Positions 40,616-51,520 are shown, counted from the first letter of the stretch. The stretch: DNA of 64,000 nt from a virus (IMGVR_UViG_3300033463_000014:64001-128000), one strand, 5' to 3'. The notes: generated from the sequence alone by a model not told the origin. Made by a program: numbers and translations.

Positions 40616-41629
40616 CTATGCATTCGATCGTTGGCATTGAAGACGTTCCCCTTTTTCAAGAAGCCTACGGAACTCGTGGCTGCCGTAGTCGCTTTTGTCA
40701 AGGATCTTCGCGAGCTCCGACGCCTTCATCCTGTCGCTCCGCTTGAATCCATGCGCATTGAGCCATGCGTCCGTTCCCTGCCGGCAGGCTCCTGTGAGCC
40801 TCTGGTACAGAGACGCAGTCATGACCGTATCGGGATAGATGACGCCATACGAGACTTCCGATTGCTTCATCTTTCTCACGAGGGCGTTAATTGCCGACTT
40901 GACCGACCTTCCGTGAGCTGTCACTCCTCCTGAGAATGAAGCCGTTGTGCCGGCGGCGAACGTCTTTTCCGAACGGACGTAGTATCCGCGGCCTTTATAC
41001 AACATCCATCCTGGGGCTACGTAGAAAGAGCCTACGCTCTTTTCCCTTCTCCTGTCGAGTAATGTAGGGATGCCGTCGATCTGTCTGTAGCATGTGGCAC
41101 GCTTCGGAAGGTTGACAAAGCACGTGTACTCGTACATCAGGTATGTGCACCTTCTGCTGTATGTGCCTAACTCCTTCCTCTCGACGTGGCACTCCACATC
41201 GCTTATGCCGTCCTTGTATTTCACGACAGAGTCACCTCTTCCGGGTGTGAACCCGATACCGCGCAGCCCCGCTGAGACATCACTCTTTACTTTTACCTCA
41301 AGTCTCTTCGCGGCCGTCGAGGAGACGTCTGAATCTTTCCCGATATGGAACCTTTCCTTGTCAGGCCTTCCTCTGCAAAGCAGAACAAGCGTGTCCTTGA
41401 ACAGACGTTCCGCACGGCTCAATCCTATTCGCTTCCTTCCCTTCAGTTCCCTGACGGTCTTCAGCCTTTTGTTCCGCGTGCTGTTTGCAATGGCGATCTG
41501 TGCGCCTCCTGATCGCATGGCCTCTGCGACGGCGGCCCTGAACAGCCTTTTCCCTCCCTCTCGGATGATTCGGAGGGCCTCCTGCCTACGATTCTCCTTA
41601 TCCAAAACAAACCGATTCTTTTCCATCAT
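40616..41629 (-). CDS. Basic phage hypothetical protein
   Basis: 337 aa; C-terminal AHG...RLTGACRQG. Confidence 0.6.
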   Translation of the reverse strand: MMEKNRFVLDKENRRQEALRIIREGGKRLFRAAVAEAMRSGGAQIAIANSTRNKRLKTVRELKGRKRIGLSRAERLFKDTLVLLCRGRPDKERFHIGKDSDVSSTAAKRLEVKVKSDVSAGLRGIGFTPGRGDSVVKYKDGISDVECHVERKELGTYSRRCTYLMYEYTCFVNLPKRATCYRQIDGIPTLLDRRREKSVGSFYVAPGWMLYKGRGYYVRSEKTFAAGTTASFSGGVTAHGRSVKSAINALVRKMKQSEVSYGVIYPDTVMTASLYQRLTGACRQGTDAWLNAHGFKRSDRMKASELAKILDKSDYGSHEFRRLLEKGERLQCQRSNA

Positions 41630-41669
41630 CTTCTTCTACCTCCGGAACTCCTGACCATTCTTTTCCATT

Positions 41670-42458
41670 TCAGCCACCCATCTTTATGGGAGTGCGCCAG
41701 ATGTCCCACCTGCGAACCTTTTTGTCGTCGATGTGATATCGGAACCATCCGAACTTTGAAAGGTTCTCCCTGGCGGACCTTATCACATCTGACCTGCGAC
41801 GCTCATCAGAGCCGCACAGGACAAGCAGGTCTCCCAGGTCGTCAAGCGCGTTTTTAACTGCGCTTTCCTTCGTCAGATGCAGCTTAGGGAACTTCTGTTC
41901 GAACTCCTCGTCGCCGCTGTCCGAACTCCCGGATGTGACGCATGTCCATAACGTCGCGGTCCCCTCGATTTCGTTCTCGAATATCTCGAACCTGAAAACG
42001 TTATCGCCTTTCCTGGCAATATACACGAACTGATCAGACAGCTCTCTAATGATATACTTTTTGAGCGCGGACCTTACGTAAAGCGTGACATCGTTCATTT
42101 CCCACGGAACGCTATAGCGTGGGAAAATTAACGGTTCGAGCTCAGCTCCGGACGCATTGCCTTTGGAATCGGCATCCGAAGGACTGTATACAAACAGCGA
42201 CCTTACGGTCTCTTCCGGATTCTCGGCTCCGGCCCTTTCTGCCGCCATCTCAAGGATTTCACGGAGGCCTTTGTGATTCTCGTCATAGTATAGCGCCATC
42301 CTGATGTCGTCCCTGACATCAAGCCGATCGATGATGTAATCCGCGCACTCCGTGATCGCTTTCCCGACTGACAGGAACGTCCCTATGCAGCTCGTATCAA
42401 AAGGATAGCCGGGCGAATAATCGAATGACACGACGCTGTAAGCTGTGATTCCCTTCAT
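41670..42458 (-). CDS. Hypothetical protein
   Basis: 262-aa ORF. Confidence 0.6.
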   Translation of the reverse strand: MKGITAYSVVSFDYSPGYPFDTSCIGTFLSVGKAITECADYIIDRLDVRDDIRMALYYDENHKGLREILEMAAERAGAENPEETVRSLFVYSPSDADSKGNASGAELEPLIFPRYSVPWEMNDVTLYVRSALKKYIIRELSDQFVYIARKGDNVFRFEIFENEIEGTATLWTCVTSGSSDSGDEEFEQKFPKLHLTKESAVKNALDDLGDLLVLCGSDERRRSDVIRSARENLSKFGWFRYHIDDKKVRRWDIWRTPIKMGG

Positions 42459-42554
42459 GGTTTATACCCCTTTCTGACACACTTGGAGGAACGAGTCGCC
42501 GTTAGAGCGTATTTCGTATCCTCCGTTTCCGCCGAAGACATTACGCCGGACACG

Positions 42555-43163
42555 CTACTTTCCATCCCGGACCTCCGTGATCCTCGTCGCGAGTTCGTCA
42601 GCTGCGACGATGACTGACAGGAGCGGATACTTCATACATGCGGCGGAGAAGTTCCCCTTGGACTCCATGCTGTCCGGTAGCTCCCATCCGGCCATGTGCC
42701 ACCTGATCGCGGCGATCTCCTGCTCCGTCATGACGAGCCCCATCCGGAGGAGCCGAACGACGGACTTCTCACCGTGCCCCAGCGGGTAATCCGAATAGTC
42801 CGCGTCATAAGTCCAGTACTTCTCCCACTTGCCGTTTTCATCCTTCCTGAACCGCTCCACCTTGCGGTAGATATCAGCCTTGCACACGTCATGCAGGAGA
42901 GACGCGATGATGACGCTGTCCATCGGAAGCTCTTGTTCGAGCGATCCGTCGAGCCTGATCTGTGCCTCCCTGATCGCTTCGGACTGGGAGTACACATTGA
43001 GGGAGTGCCTCACGAGACCTCCCTCAACGGCGAGATGATGCCTCGCCGACGCAGGCGCCTTGAAGAACCCAAGGCTTTCAAGACACCCGATAACCTGAAC
43101 CACACCCTCGCGGTTAGTAGACCGCAAGAGATCATTGAACCTGTTTGAATACTCATTCGTCAT
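42555..43163 (-). CDS. HD-domain phosphohydrolase
   Basis: FFKAPAS.RHH..GGLVRHSLNV, LLHDVCK, GHGEKS, AIRWHM and AD motifs. Confidence 0.88.
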   Translation of the reverse strand: MTNEYSNRFNDLLRSTNREGVVQVIGCLESLGFFKAPASARHHLAVEGGLVRHSLNVYSQSEAIREAQIRLDGSLEQELPMDSVIIASLLHDVCKADIYRKVERFRKDENGKWEKYWTYDADYSDYPLGHGEKSVVRLLRMGLVMTEQEIAAIRWHMAGWELPDSMESKGNFSAACMKYPLLSVIVAADELATRITEVRDGK

Positions 43164-43773
43164 ACCAAAACCCACTTTCCAACACATCCCTCGATCGGAT
43201 ATTTGAGCGATATGCGCGTCACCGCGCAGATTCCCAGTTCACGTCGCCAGTGCGCGCAGTTGAAGCAATCGCCGTAACGCTCGCTTTCCGGAACGCCTAC
43301 GCGTTCTTTCTCCTGTGCGCACTCGCCAGTCTTCCTCGGTTCCTTCTTTTTTGCTGCTTTCCTCTTAACCGGGCCATCTCGGCGCCGCCTCATCGACCTT
43401 CCCATCCTTACCTCCTATGCGTATCCGCACATCATGAATTGTATTCGTTCATAGTCACGGTGACCTTGGTGGACAGCGGCTTCTCATGCCCCTCCAGGAG
43501 GTATGTGGTCCACCCCTGGCACTTGGTGTCCAGCATCGCCTTCTCGTACTTGGTGTCGCCCCATCCACACCCGTACTGGTAGATTGACTCGGTGTACGGC
43601 TCCTCCACCTTGAGATCCTTTGCCTTCTCGTTCCACTCCTCCTGAGTGAGTACGATTGTCCTGTACGGGCCGACACTGCGCCCGCAGGCGTCGGTTCGGT
43701 AAAAGTTTCTGACTACTCTCATTTTCCCTCCTTGTTTCTCCAGATTGACCAAGCCTTCCGACCTGGCACGTCA

Positions 43774-44640
43774 TCAGATCCACCGCTCGCATAGACGCAC
43801 GGTGCCGACGAATCTCGTTTCCTTATCGTCTTCCCCGTACGTGATGTCCGGGTCGACCGACATCGGGTCGTAGACGCCCAAGGCGCTGAGGGCGAAATGG
43901 AAATCGGATTCCGAATCCGCTTCGATCCGGATCTGAACTATCAATGCATCGGAGCATACGTTATGATCGTCCACCTTTACCCGTACGTTTTTCCCTGTTT
44001 CAGCACGGATCAAAGATTCCCACGCCTTGCTGAGAACGTCTTCGAGCTTCGGCAAGAGAACGGATGTAACGCGCTTTGGGTCTTTCCCATACATCGTCCC
44101 TCCGTCCGGGAAGAGCTTTCTACCGTATATCCTGATCTTATTCCCCTGTTCTGGGTTAAGGTCGGACTTATCCCAGGTATCCCAGACGCTGATTTCCGGA
44201 GCGGCTTTGAGCCATGTCAGAGTAACAACGGTTTCGTTTTTTCCGTGAAGCTCCTTGCGGGCCCAGTCACCCGGCTTTTTCAGCCCGTCGAACAGCTTCC
44301 GTAGTGTTTCACCTTCGATTCCAATCCCTTTTGCGTTTTCGATAAACATTGACCTGACGGTTACTATTGGCGTGCCTTCTACGGACATAAGCGTGAGCGA
44401 CCCGTCGCCATAGGCCCAGTAGTCGTTGTACTCAATGATCGGTTTCTTATCTCCGTCGAACAGGTATTCCCTGTAAACGGCCCTGCGTTCATTGGACGGG
44501 TTGCCTTCCACGCCCCCGATCTCTGTAACCTCAATCAGAAAAACTTCCATCCTATTCTCCTTCTTCCTCTCTTGCTTTCTTTGCCGTATGGACTGGCCAT
44601 ATCCCATAAGTGTACACGCTGTTGCGGTACCTGCACTCAT
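43774..44640 (-). CDS. Hypothetical protein
   Basis: Long ORF; the true start is probably MEVFL near 44550. Confidence 0.5.
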   Translation of the reverse strand: MSAGTATACTLMGYGQSIRQRKQERKKENRMEVFLIEVTEIGGVEGNPSNERRAVYREYLFDGDKKPIIEYNDYWAYGDGSLTLMSVEGTPIVTVRSMFIENAKGIGIEGETLRKLFDGLKKPGDWARKELHGKNETVVTLTWLKAAPEISVWDTWDKSDLNPEQGNKIRIYGRKLFPDGGTMYGKDPKRVTSVLLPKLEDVLSKAWESLIRAETGKNVRVKVDDHNVCSDALIVQIRIEADSESDFHFALSALGVYDPMSVDPDITYGEDDKETRFVGTVRLCERWI

Positions 44641-45133
44641 CCTCGCAGTTCGGATCGATCAACATGGCGGTCATGGACGCGACCAGCTCAGTGATATTCT
44701 CCGAATCTTCGTCATTAAGCGCATTGCACGTGATCGCCAAGTTCTCTGCAAGCCCGGCAGCCATTGCCTTTGCCGAGTCGTACACGCCGACCACCTCATT
44801 GTCGTCGTCCTTGTAGCGCTCGAAGAGAATATACACGGATTTCTCCTTATTCTTCTCCTCGAGCATCCTTTCTTTCATCTCGCTAATCTCGCTCATCCCT
44901 GCTCTCCTTCCACGCCTTCCACTTTTTGACATCTGCCGCATGTTTCCTTGCGAGCTTTCTTAGCTCTGAGAAGCGACTCGCGAAATCAATCACGCATATA
45001 CTCTCCGAAGGGACACTGGTCTTGAATGGGTTTTCGGGGAGCCTGAGGAAACCCAGGCCCTCCATCTGCTCCCAAAGCTTGATCAGGATAAACTGGTTCG
45101 GCCAGTCATCTCCAGTATATGCCATGTCTACAC

Positions 45134-45631
45134 TCATCCGTTTCCGTTCGAGACGTTGATCTTCGCGTTGCACAGGGATAGGAACTGCCTGAGGCCCTTC
45201 AGGTCGATCGCCTCGATGTCGCAAAGGGTCATGAAGGATGTGATCGCCGTAAGCTCAGATATCGTGAACTTAGGGTTCTCTCGCTCATCCTTTGCCTTTC
45301 TCTCCTGTTCGGCGCGCTGCGCCTCGATGCGGGCCAGCTCCTCTTCCTTCCGACGATTCGCTTCCTCCACCTTCTCAAGTCGGCGGACCTCCTTGACATA
45401 GGAGATCGCGCCATTCAGTGCGGCCGCGGTGACCTTACCTAGGTCAACCTTGGATTCTGGGCGGGCCTTCTTGTACTTGACGGCCCAGTCCGACTCCCCG
45501 GAGGCCAGAAACTCGTCCACGCTCCTGAACTCCATGATGACCCGCATGGCCTTTTTAGTCGTCGTGCTGTTGCACGATGACTTGAGATACCCTTCGATCC
45601 TATCCAGTTCTTTACTGTTCTCTTCCCTCAT
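45134..45631 (-). CDS. Hypothetical coiled-coil protein
   Basis: 165-aa ORF with an E/R/K-rich helix. Confidence 0.55.
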   Translation of the reverse strand: MREENSKELDRIEGYLKSSCNSTTTKKAMRVIMEFRSVDEFLASGESDWAVKYKKARPESKVDLGKVTAAALNGAISYVKEVRRLEKVEEANRRKEEELARIEAQRAEQERKAKDERENPKFTISELTAITSFMTLCDIEAIDLKGLRQFLSLCNAKINVSNGNG

Positions 45632-45973
45632 ACTTCTCCTCCTGTTTTCTCTTTTCCTTTGCCAGTTTCAGTGAGTCCTCGATCGCTGACCTCATAGCCT
45701 TTTCATAGGCATCAGTCCCTTTTTCCGCATCCTTGCTTTCACCCAACTCATACAGGTGAAGCATGAGCATAATAGCGTTAAGCTCAGGATCGTTCTTCGT
45801 GATGGCGTATTTAGACAGCTTTCGCAGGATCTTCATCGCCGGGATTCTTCCGTAAACGTCTGAGTGCTTGATGATGAATTCCGGAAGATCGAACATCCAA
45901 AAAAACGGCTTATTTTCTCGCGACATATCACTGTCCGTCCCGTCGACATGCATGCTCAACGGCAAACTATCCA

Positions 45974-46585
45974 TCAGACGACCCCTTTCTCTTTCCGCGT
46001 GAAGGCGATGATCCTGTCGCAGATCTCTCCTCCGAAAGCGCACAGCACTTTCGCCTTCAGGTCTTTAGCATCGAGCTTGTCTGCGAGTGAGACTGCGAGC
46101 CGTTCGATCCGGTTGTATCCGGCAGCGGCTGACCTCACCAACTTCGAAGCCTCCGCCTCCCTGTCCGCTAACTCGATCCTACGCTCGATGATCCTGTCCC
46201 ACACCTCCCTAGTCTTCTCCTCGGACATGATGTATATGCGCCCGGATCCATCGATCTCCCCTATAAGGGGTATGTCGAAATAGGACCACCCTTCGCAGAC
46301 AAACACCTTGACCTGCGGAACAGGAGTTCCGTACCCCGGCACCGAGCAGTACGACCATGTCGTTTCTGCGTCCCTGAAAAGGGTTTTGCCGTTGTACTTT
46401 ATCTCCTCGCTTCCATACATCCTGGCCAGTTCGTTCAGGACCTTCCGGCTAACCTTCTTTCCGTTCCACTTCTCAAGGAACCCGGACTGAGCTATGGCCC
46501 TGATCTTCTCAACATGCGCCCTTATCAGTGCCTCGTCCTTTCGCAGACTCCGCTCGGCCTCTTCGATCCTAACGTTCGTAATCAT
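45974..46585 (-). CDS. Hypothetical protein
   Basis: 203-aa ORF. Confidence 0.55.
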   Translation of the reverse strand: MITNVRIEEAERSLRKDEALIRAHVEKIRAIAQSGFLEKWNGKKVSRKVLNELARMYGSEEIKYNGKTLFRDAETTWSYCSVPGYGTPVPQVKVFVCEGWSYFDIPLIGEIDGSGRIYIMSEEKTREVWDRIIERRIELADREAEASKLVRSAAAGYNRIERLAVSLADKLDAKDLKAKVLCAFGGEICDRIIAFTRKEKGVV

Positions 46586-47301
46586 GAGACTTTCAGGACT
46601 CCTCTCTCACCGTGCGTTCCATGTCCTCGTCAATGTCAGACATTCTTATTCCTTCCTCCTTTGCCGAAGATATCGTCAGGCTCGACGAGTATCTCGCACT
46701 TTGGCTCCTCGTCTGATCCGAACGGGCTTGTTTCCGATATCATACGCATCTTGAGAAACGAAAGCCTCTCAAGTCGCTGCCACATCCTGAAGAGGCATCT
46801 CTGCCCCTCCCATTTGTCGAACACCCTATACCTTGACGGGACGGACCTGAACATCCTGAGACTATCGAGCTTCGCGCTGTTCGCCTCGTAACGATCATGG
46901 TCGTTTTTAGTGCCATCCCTCCTTGGGAGCTCTCCGACGATAGCCGCCCTGTGCCATAAGGACTTCCTTACCATCTTGCTGTAGAAGTAAACCCACACAG
47001 CGTGTATTTGGCCTCCGCCGAACCAGGAGAATCTGTAACGCTTGAACATCTCAACCCTCCTCAGGCAACGGCGTAGCGTCTGTCCATTGAAACGGGCGCA
47101 TCGATTTCATCAATTCTCATTTCTTCTTTCCTTTCTTCTTTTGCTTTCACCTGTACTTCGCTTGCCTGGCCTTGAACTCGGGGAGCGGAGAAGTCTGGTT
47201 CCGTTTTGTGTCCACGTTGTTTCGCTATTTACAGAGCCAGGAAAGATAGTCGGTATCAAGCAAAAATCCCAGCGCATCCGCATTACTGGACGTTTCACAT
47301 G

Positions 47302-47652
47302 TCATTCCAACACCACCCTTTCCCCGAGGCTGATTACGTAGTGCGGCGCGTCGGGCTCGCCCCACTCTGGATGCGGGTGAGGCCTGTAGCCCACTACGTA
47401 CAAATCGCCAATCGGCCACGGATGCGCTCGGAAGAACATGCCCGGCTTCGCGTACCCGAGAGAAAACGCAACAACAAGATACGTTTTCCTGCCACACAAC
47501 CGTCGATCAATCCAGTTTCTGATTCTCACGTCCCAATAGAGCTTTTCTTCACGGTACTCCTCCTTCTTTTCTCCGCTTGCGATCATGTCGTACCACTTTC
47601 GCTTCAGCGTGAGGTTAAGCACGGAGCAGTCTTCTCGTTTCAGCGTTTGCAT
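47302..47652 (-). CDS. ASCH-domain protein
   Basis: LNLTLKRKWYDMIASGEKKEEYRE...FSLGY...WG...YVISLG. Confidence 0.8.
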   Translation of the reverse strand: MQTLKREDCSVLNLTLKRKWYDMIASGEKKEEYREEKLYWDVRIRNWIDRRLCGRKTYLVVAFSLGYAKPGMFFRAHPWPIGDLYVVGYRPHPHPEWGEPDAPHYVISLGERVVLE

Positions 47653-48230
47653 TCTTTTCCACTCCCTATTTCGCTGTCTCTCCGTATCGCATCCTTACTA
47701 TTGCAACCAATGATCATGTCGCTACTTTCTTCTCCTTTCTTCGATATCATCCACTTCACTACGCACTCCGCGCAGTTGTGGGGGCATTGAGTCCTCGGAT
47801 CTTCCCAGTCGTTATCGTAATGATCGCAAACTTCCGACCTGAATCTCCTTGTGATTTCTTCTGCGGATTCAGCTGTGTCACAATTCCTCGATGGCTCGAC
47901 CATGGCATGCCTCATCATGGCAATGCACATCTTCATGCACCCGACAAGGAACAAAACATCATCACCGAAGTCTTTGTCGGCGACGGCTTCGTTCATGTAC
48001 TTCGAGCACAACTCCAACGTTTTGCGCATCGCATTTGTGTTTCCGGCTTCATGTCCATATACCTCTTTGTTCATCCTATCGCAGATGGATTCTGCGCGTT
48101 CGATCCTCCAATCCCTGTAAGTATCAGTGTCCCAGCGGAACAATACATCGTGATTCGACGAGCAACGTATCGCCACGACAGAAGTCCCGTAATCAACATA
48201 GAATGGCTTTCCTCCTCCCGTTATACTCAT
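47640..48230 (-). CDS. RNCD-family mosaic protein
   Basis: GNTNAMRKTL...EPSRNCD...KWM. Confidence 0.7.
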   Translation of the reverse strand: MSITGGGKPFYVDYGTSVVAIRCSSNHDVLFRWDTDTYRDWRIERAESICDRMNKEVYGHEAGNTNAMRKTLELCSKYMNEAVADKDFGDDVLFLVGCMKMCIAMMRHAMVEPSRNCDTAESAEEITRRFRSEVCDHYDNDWEDPRTQCPHNCAECVVKWMISKKGEESSDMIIGCNSKDAIRRDSEIGSGKECKR

Positions 48231-48438
48231 TCAGCGCCTTCTTCCTTCTCTATGAGTTCAGCAAGGTGTTTGATGTCTTCGCTGATCCGGTTTAGGTTTT
48301 GGTACTGCTCAACGAGCCGGTGTAGCGCGTTGTCCGCAGTGAATTCGCCATACCCGACACCTCGAATAGCGTCGTAAATACATAAGCAGGAAGAATCAAC
48401 ACGAAATGACAGAGAAATCAGTTTGCCCCTGAGGTCCT

Positions 48439-48699
48439 TCATTCATCACCGCCTTTCTTATCCGCCTTTGCGTACAGCCACTCATCGAACTTCTTTTGGT
48501 CCTGCATATCATCTGCGCAATCGTTCTGCCATGCGACCCACGCTTCATGCAGATTCTGATACGTGTCGCAGTTCCTCGCGGGCGCGGCGAGGGCGGCGTC
48601 ACACCTAATGACCGGCTCCACAAAACCATTGAGGGCCAAAACATCACGAGCATACTTTAGCGCGTCTCGGAGCGCGACGGCGTTTCCGTTTTCAGCCAT
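48439..48699 (-). CDS. RNCD-family protein (minimal form)
   Basis: GNAVALRDAL...ALAAPARNCD...WLY...KGGDE. Confidence 0.7.
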   Translation of the reverse strand: MAENGNAVALRDALKYARDVLALNGFVEPVIRCDAALAAPARNCDTYQNLHEAWVAWQNDCADDMQDQKKFDEWLYAKADKKGGDE

Positions 48700-48700
48700 T

Positions 48701-49000
48701 TTACGCCTCCTTCCCTTCCTGGGCAAAGAGCCAGCGCACAAACGCGAAAACCTCGTCCATATCGTCCCACAGTTCGATGTCGGCCCAAACCTTGTGTCCG
48801 CGAATCCTCTGGAACTCCAGCCGCGCCTCCTCCGCCGTTGCGAATCTGTTGCAGTTGAGCGGAGGTGTAGAAAGTGCGTAACGAGCATTTTGTGCCAACT
48901 GGTGTAGCACAGGTGAGATGCTCATACAGCAACGACAAGTGGTCTGATAATAGGAGATCATAGACTCAAGCGCCTCTCTCATCTGCTCGTATGCGTTCAT
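48701..49000 (-). CDS. RNCD-family protein
   Basis: MNAYEQMREAL...ALSTPPLNCN...WLF. Confidence 0.7.
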   Translation of the reverse strand: MNAYEQMREALESMISYYQTTCRCCMSISPVLHQLAQNARYALSTPPLNCNRFATAEEARLEFQRIRGHKVWADIELWDDMDEVFAFVRWLFAQEGKEA

Positions 49001-49344
49001 TCCGCACCTCCTTCATCCGCCGTGGTGAGGGTCCACAGGCCAAACCAGTATTCTGGTGTCAGGTTTTGGTTGTACTTCCACAACTCGTTCTCAAGAAAGT
49101 AATCTTTAGCGGATATGTAGTCATCGAACTTATCGCAGTTCCTCGCTGGCGCGGCGAGGGCTTTTTGGATTGCCGTCTTCGCCTCGCACAAATCACGATG
49201 TCCGCACAGTATGTCACCACAGTTCGCATTTATCGTGCTGTTCTCCCAAGCGAGACTGTCGCAAGTATGATTTGCTCGGGCATGGTTGCATATTGCCTTC
49301 TTCGCTATCTCCAGCGCCTCGCGCATCTGCTTGTATGCGTTCAT
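48997..49344 (-). CDS. RNCD-family protein
   Basis: MNAYKQMREAL...ALAAPARNCD...WTL...EGGAE. Confidence 0.7.
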   Translation of the reverse strand: MNAYKQMREALEIAKKAICNHARANHTCDSLAWENSTINANCGDILCGHRDLCEAKTAIQKALAAPARNCDKFDDYISAKDYFLENELWKYNQNLTPEYWFGLWTLTTADEGGAE

Positions 49345-49724
49345 CCCTTCGCCTCTCCTTCCGCCGTGTACGGCATCTGCGCCCACACCAATTGACACGA
49401 TTCGCTCCCTGTTTGCCTAAAATCCCATCTCGCATGAACAGGGCAATCACAACAATCTTGCGCTTTGCATTGTTTTCTGTATCGCTCGTACTGCTCCTCC
49501 GCCGTGCCAACGTCGCAGTTGCGGCGCGTTTCAGCGTTCTCACCCTTCACCTCAACAACGATGACGAACACGTCCTTCGAGTCTCTCCTCTCCTCGATCC
49601 GCACCCCCGCGATGTCGAGCGGGATCCTCTCCCCGTCCCGCTCGATCTCCACCGGCACGTTCGAGTCAGACAGCCTCTGCGCCATCCTCCCGATCTCCGT
49701 CGCCACCGTCATCCACCCCATCAT
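49341..49724 (-). CDS. RNCD-family chimera (unrelated N-terminus)
   Basis: RRNCDVGTAEEQ...WAQMPYTAEG. Confidence 0.7.
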   Translation of the reverse strand: MMGWMTVATEIGRMAQRLSDSNVPVEIERDGERIPLDIAGVRIEERRDSKDVFVIVVEVKGENAETRRNCDVGTAEEQYERYRKQCKAQDCCDCPVHARWDFRQTGSESCQLVWAQMPYTAEGEAKG

Positions 49725-49911
49725 TTCGACACCTCTTTTTTCATCTTCCGATCCTTCTTCCTAACGTAGTACTGGCACTCTCCCGGCGAGCACGGCTTGT
49801 CGTCCTCCATCTCGTCTAGTTCGCAGAAACAGTGCGAGACAACCCTCTCGCATTCACTGTCAAGCACGATACCCGTTCTAAAGAACGCGCACTTGCTGTT
49901 TTTGTGGGCAA

Positions 49912-50301
49912 TCATCGGCTCGCATCCCCTTCCGCCGTGTACTGCATCTGCGCCCATTCCAATTGGCATAGCAATTCACCATGTCCTTCCTGCCTTAATT
50001 TTATGTGTATAGGGCAATCTTCCGCGCATCTCACATTGCCTCTATATGAGCATGGATTGTATCTGTCCGTGAATTTACAATACCTTCTAGACTGCTCATC
50101 CGGCGTCCCCACGTCGCAGTTGCGGCGAGGAAGGTCAAGGGCGGCGCGGGCTTCTTTGAGAACTGATAGGGTGTGCTCGCTATTCATGTGGCAGTTGGGC
50201 GATTTGATTGCTATGGCTAGCGTATTCTCATCAACCCCCATGTTATACAATACATCAAGAAGTTTCTCCAAAGCCTCCCTCATCTGCTCGTATGCGTTCA
50301 T
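49912..50301 (-). CDS. RNCD-family protein
   Basis: MNAYEQMREAL...PRRNCDVGTPDEQ...WAQMQYTAEG. Confidence 0.7.
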   Translation of the reverse strand: MNAYEQMREALEKLLDVLYNMGVDENTLAIAIKSPNCHMNSEHTLSVLKEARAALDLPRRNCDVGTPDEQSRRYCKFTDRYNPCSYRGNVRCAEDCPIHIKLRQEGHGELLCQLEWAQMQYTAEGDASR

Positions 50302-50789
50302 TTGGGGCCTCCCTCCTGTTCGATCCGCTCTATGTAACGAACGGCATCTGTGAGCGTGTCGCACTCCGTGACGCTCGTCAGTCTTTCGTCGTTCTTTGAA
50401 ACGCGCCAACGGACATGACCGTTAATCCTGTCGTAGCCGTAGATAGTTATACAAGTTATAACATACCTTCCGTCGAAGTAGTATTGGCTAGCATCGACCT
50501 TTGTCAATCTGCCGCCTATCATTCCGCCCTCCTTTCCCTGCTGGTCGCAATTTGCTATACCAGAACTTGCGCTTTTCGCGCTTCCACAGCAACCGCGCAA
50601 TCTTGCAAACAATCTTGTCCCTGTCTTCATGGTAGTCCAGCTGTTCGCCAAACACCCAACCAACTGCCCATTCGTATGACGCATCATAGCGGAGGAGCGT
50701 TACCTCCCCGTTTGTCGTTCCAAAGCGGGAAATTTTATTGTAGAAGATGTTTCGCGCCTCTCTTCTTATTTTGCGTAGTAGTTTAGTCT

Positions 50790-51113
50790 TCATTCAGCAC
50801 CGCCTTTCCTTTTGCGATAGTGTTCATGATCGAACATCTTTACCAACTGATCCTCTCTCATACCTTGTACTTTATGGTTGCAGAAATCTACCAAGTCTTT
50901 AAGCGTTCCATCAACCCAGTGCCGTATGACTCTAAAATCATCAGCAAGTTTTGTCTCTCTAAATCTGTAGTGGTATCTCTTGAAATCTTTGCACGCATAA
51001 TCAATGTTGATTTTCGCCGCCCTAAGATGCGCGAGGATTATTGCATCCTCGACAATTTCAACATCGTCAATGGTCGTTGTCTTCGCTTTGCTCTTCTTCT
51101 TTCGCTCACTCAT
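50790..51113 (-). CDS. Hypothetical protein, AT-rich cassette
   Basis: ATGA-coupled on both sides; ends KGGAE. Confidence 0.55.
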   Translation of the reverse strand: MSERKKKSKAKTTTIDDVEIVEDAIILAHLRAAKINIDYACKDFKRYHYRFRETKLADDFRVIRHWVDGTLKDLVDFCNHKVQGMREDQLVKMFDHEHYRKRKGGAE

Positions 51114-51520
51114 TCCGCGCCTCCTTTCTCCGCCTGGTCGAAGAGCCACGCTTCGGTTGAAATTTCAACTCCTATGATTCGACCTTGCGCATCTTTCGGG
51201 TGGTTTCGCAATTCGGAGTACATTTCCGCCAAAGACAAGAACAAATCGCAGTTCCTCGCCGGTGCGGCGAGGGCTGCCATCGTCTTGTTGTATGCTGTTT
51301 CGAACAGTCCTCTCATATACTCGTTCATCGGATGGTCTACCCTCCATAGGTAGTCCATACAAGATTCCAGCGCCTCGCGCATCGCCGCCGCGTTGCCAAC
51401 GGGCGGATGTTCGTGATACGTCGGTGAGTTGCATCCGTTCGGCTCACCGTAGTATTCGCAGAACGTTGGCTCAATCTCTCCGTCTGCGCATTTAGCGCAA
51501 ATTCCATTCCAATCTCTCAT
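51110..51520 (-). CDS. RNCD-family mosaic protein
   Basis: CADGEIEP...GNAAAMREAL...ALAAPARNCD...WLF...KGGAE. Confidence 0.75.
   Translation of the reverse strand: MRDWNGICAKCADGEIEPTFCEYYGEPNGCNSPTYHEHPPVGNAAAMREALESCMDYLWRVDHPMNEYMRGLFETAYNKTMAALAAPARNCDLFLSLAEMYSELRNHPKDAQGRIIGVEISTEAWLFDQAEKGGAE

Noticed and set aside
32338-51520. Diversity-generating retroelement (near-identical repeat pair at about 32600 and 51370)
   Set aside because: No reverse transcriptase in the window, the differences are not adenine-specific, and both copies are 5' coding regions.
47640-51520. Shufflon or integron
   Set aside because: All anchors are direct repeats, there are no attC-like hairpins, and no site-specific recombinase is visible in the window.
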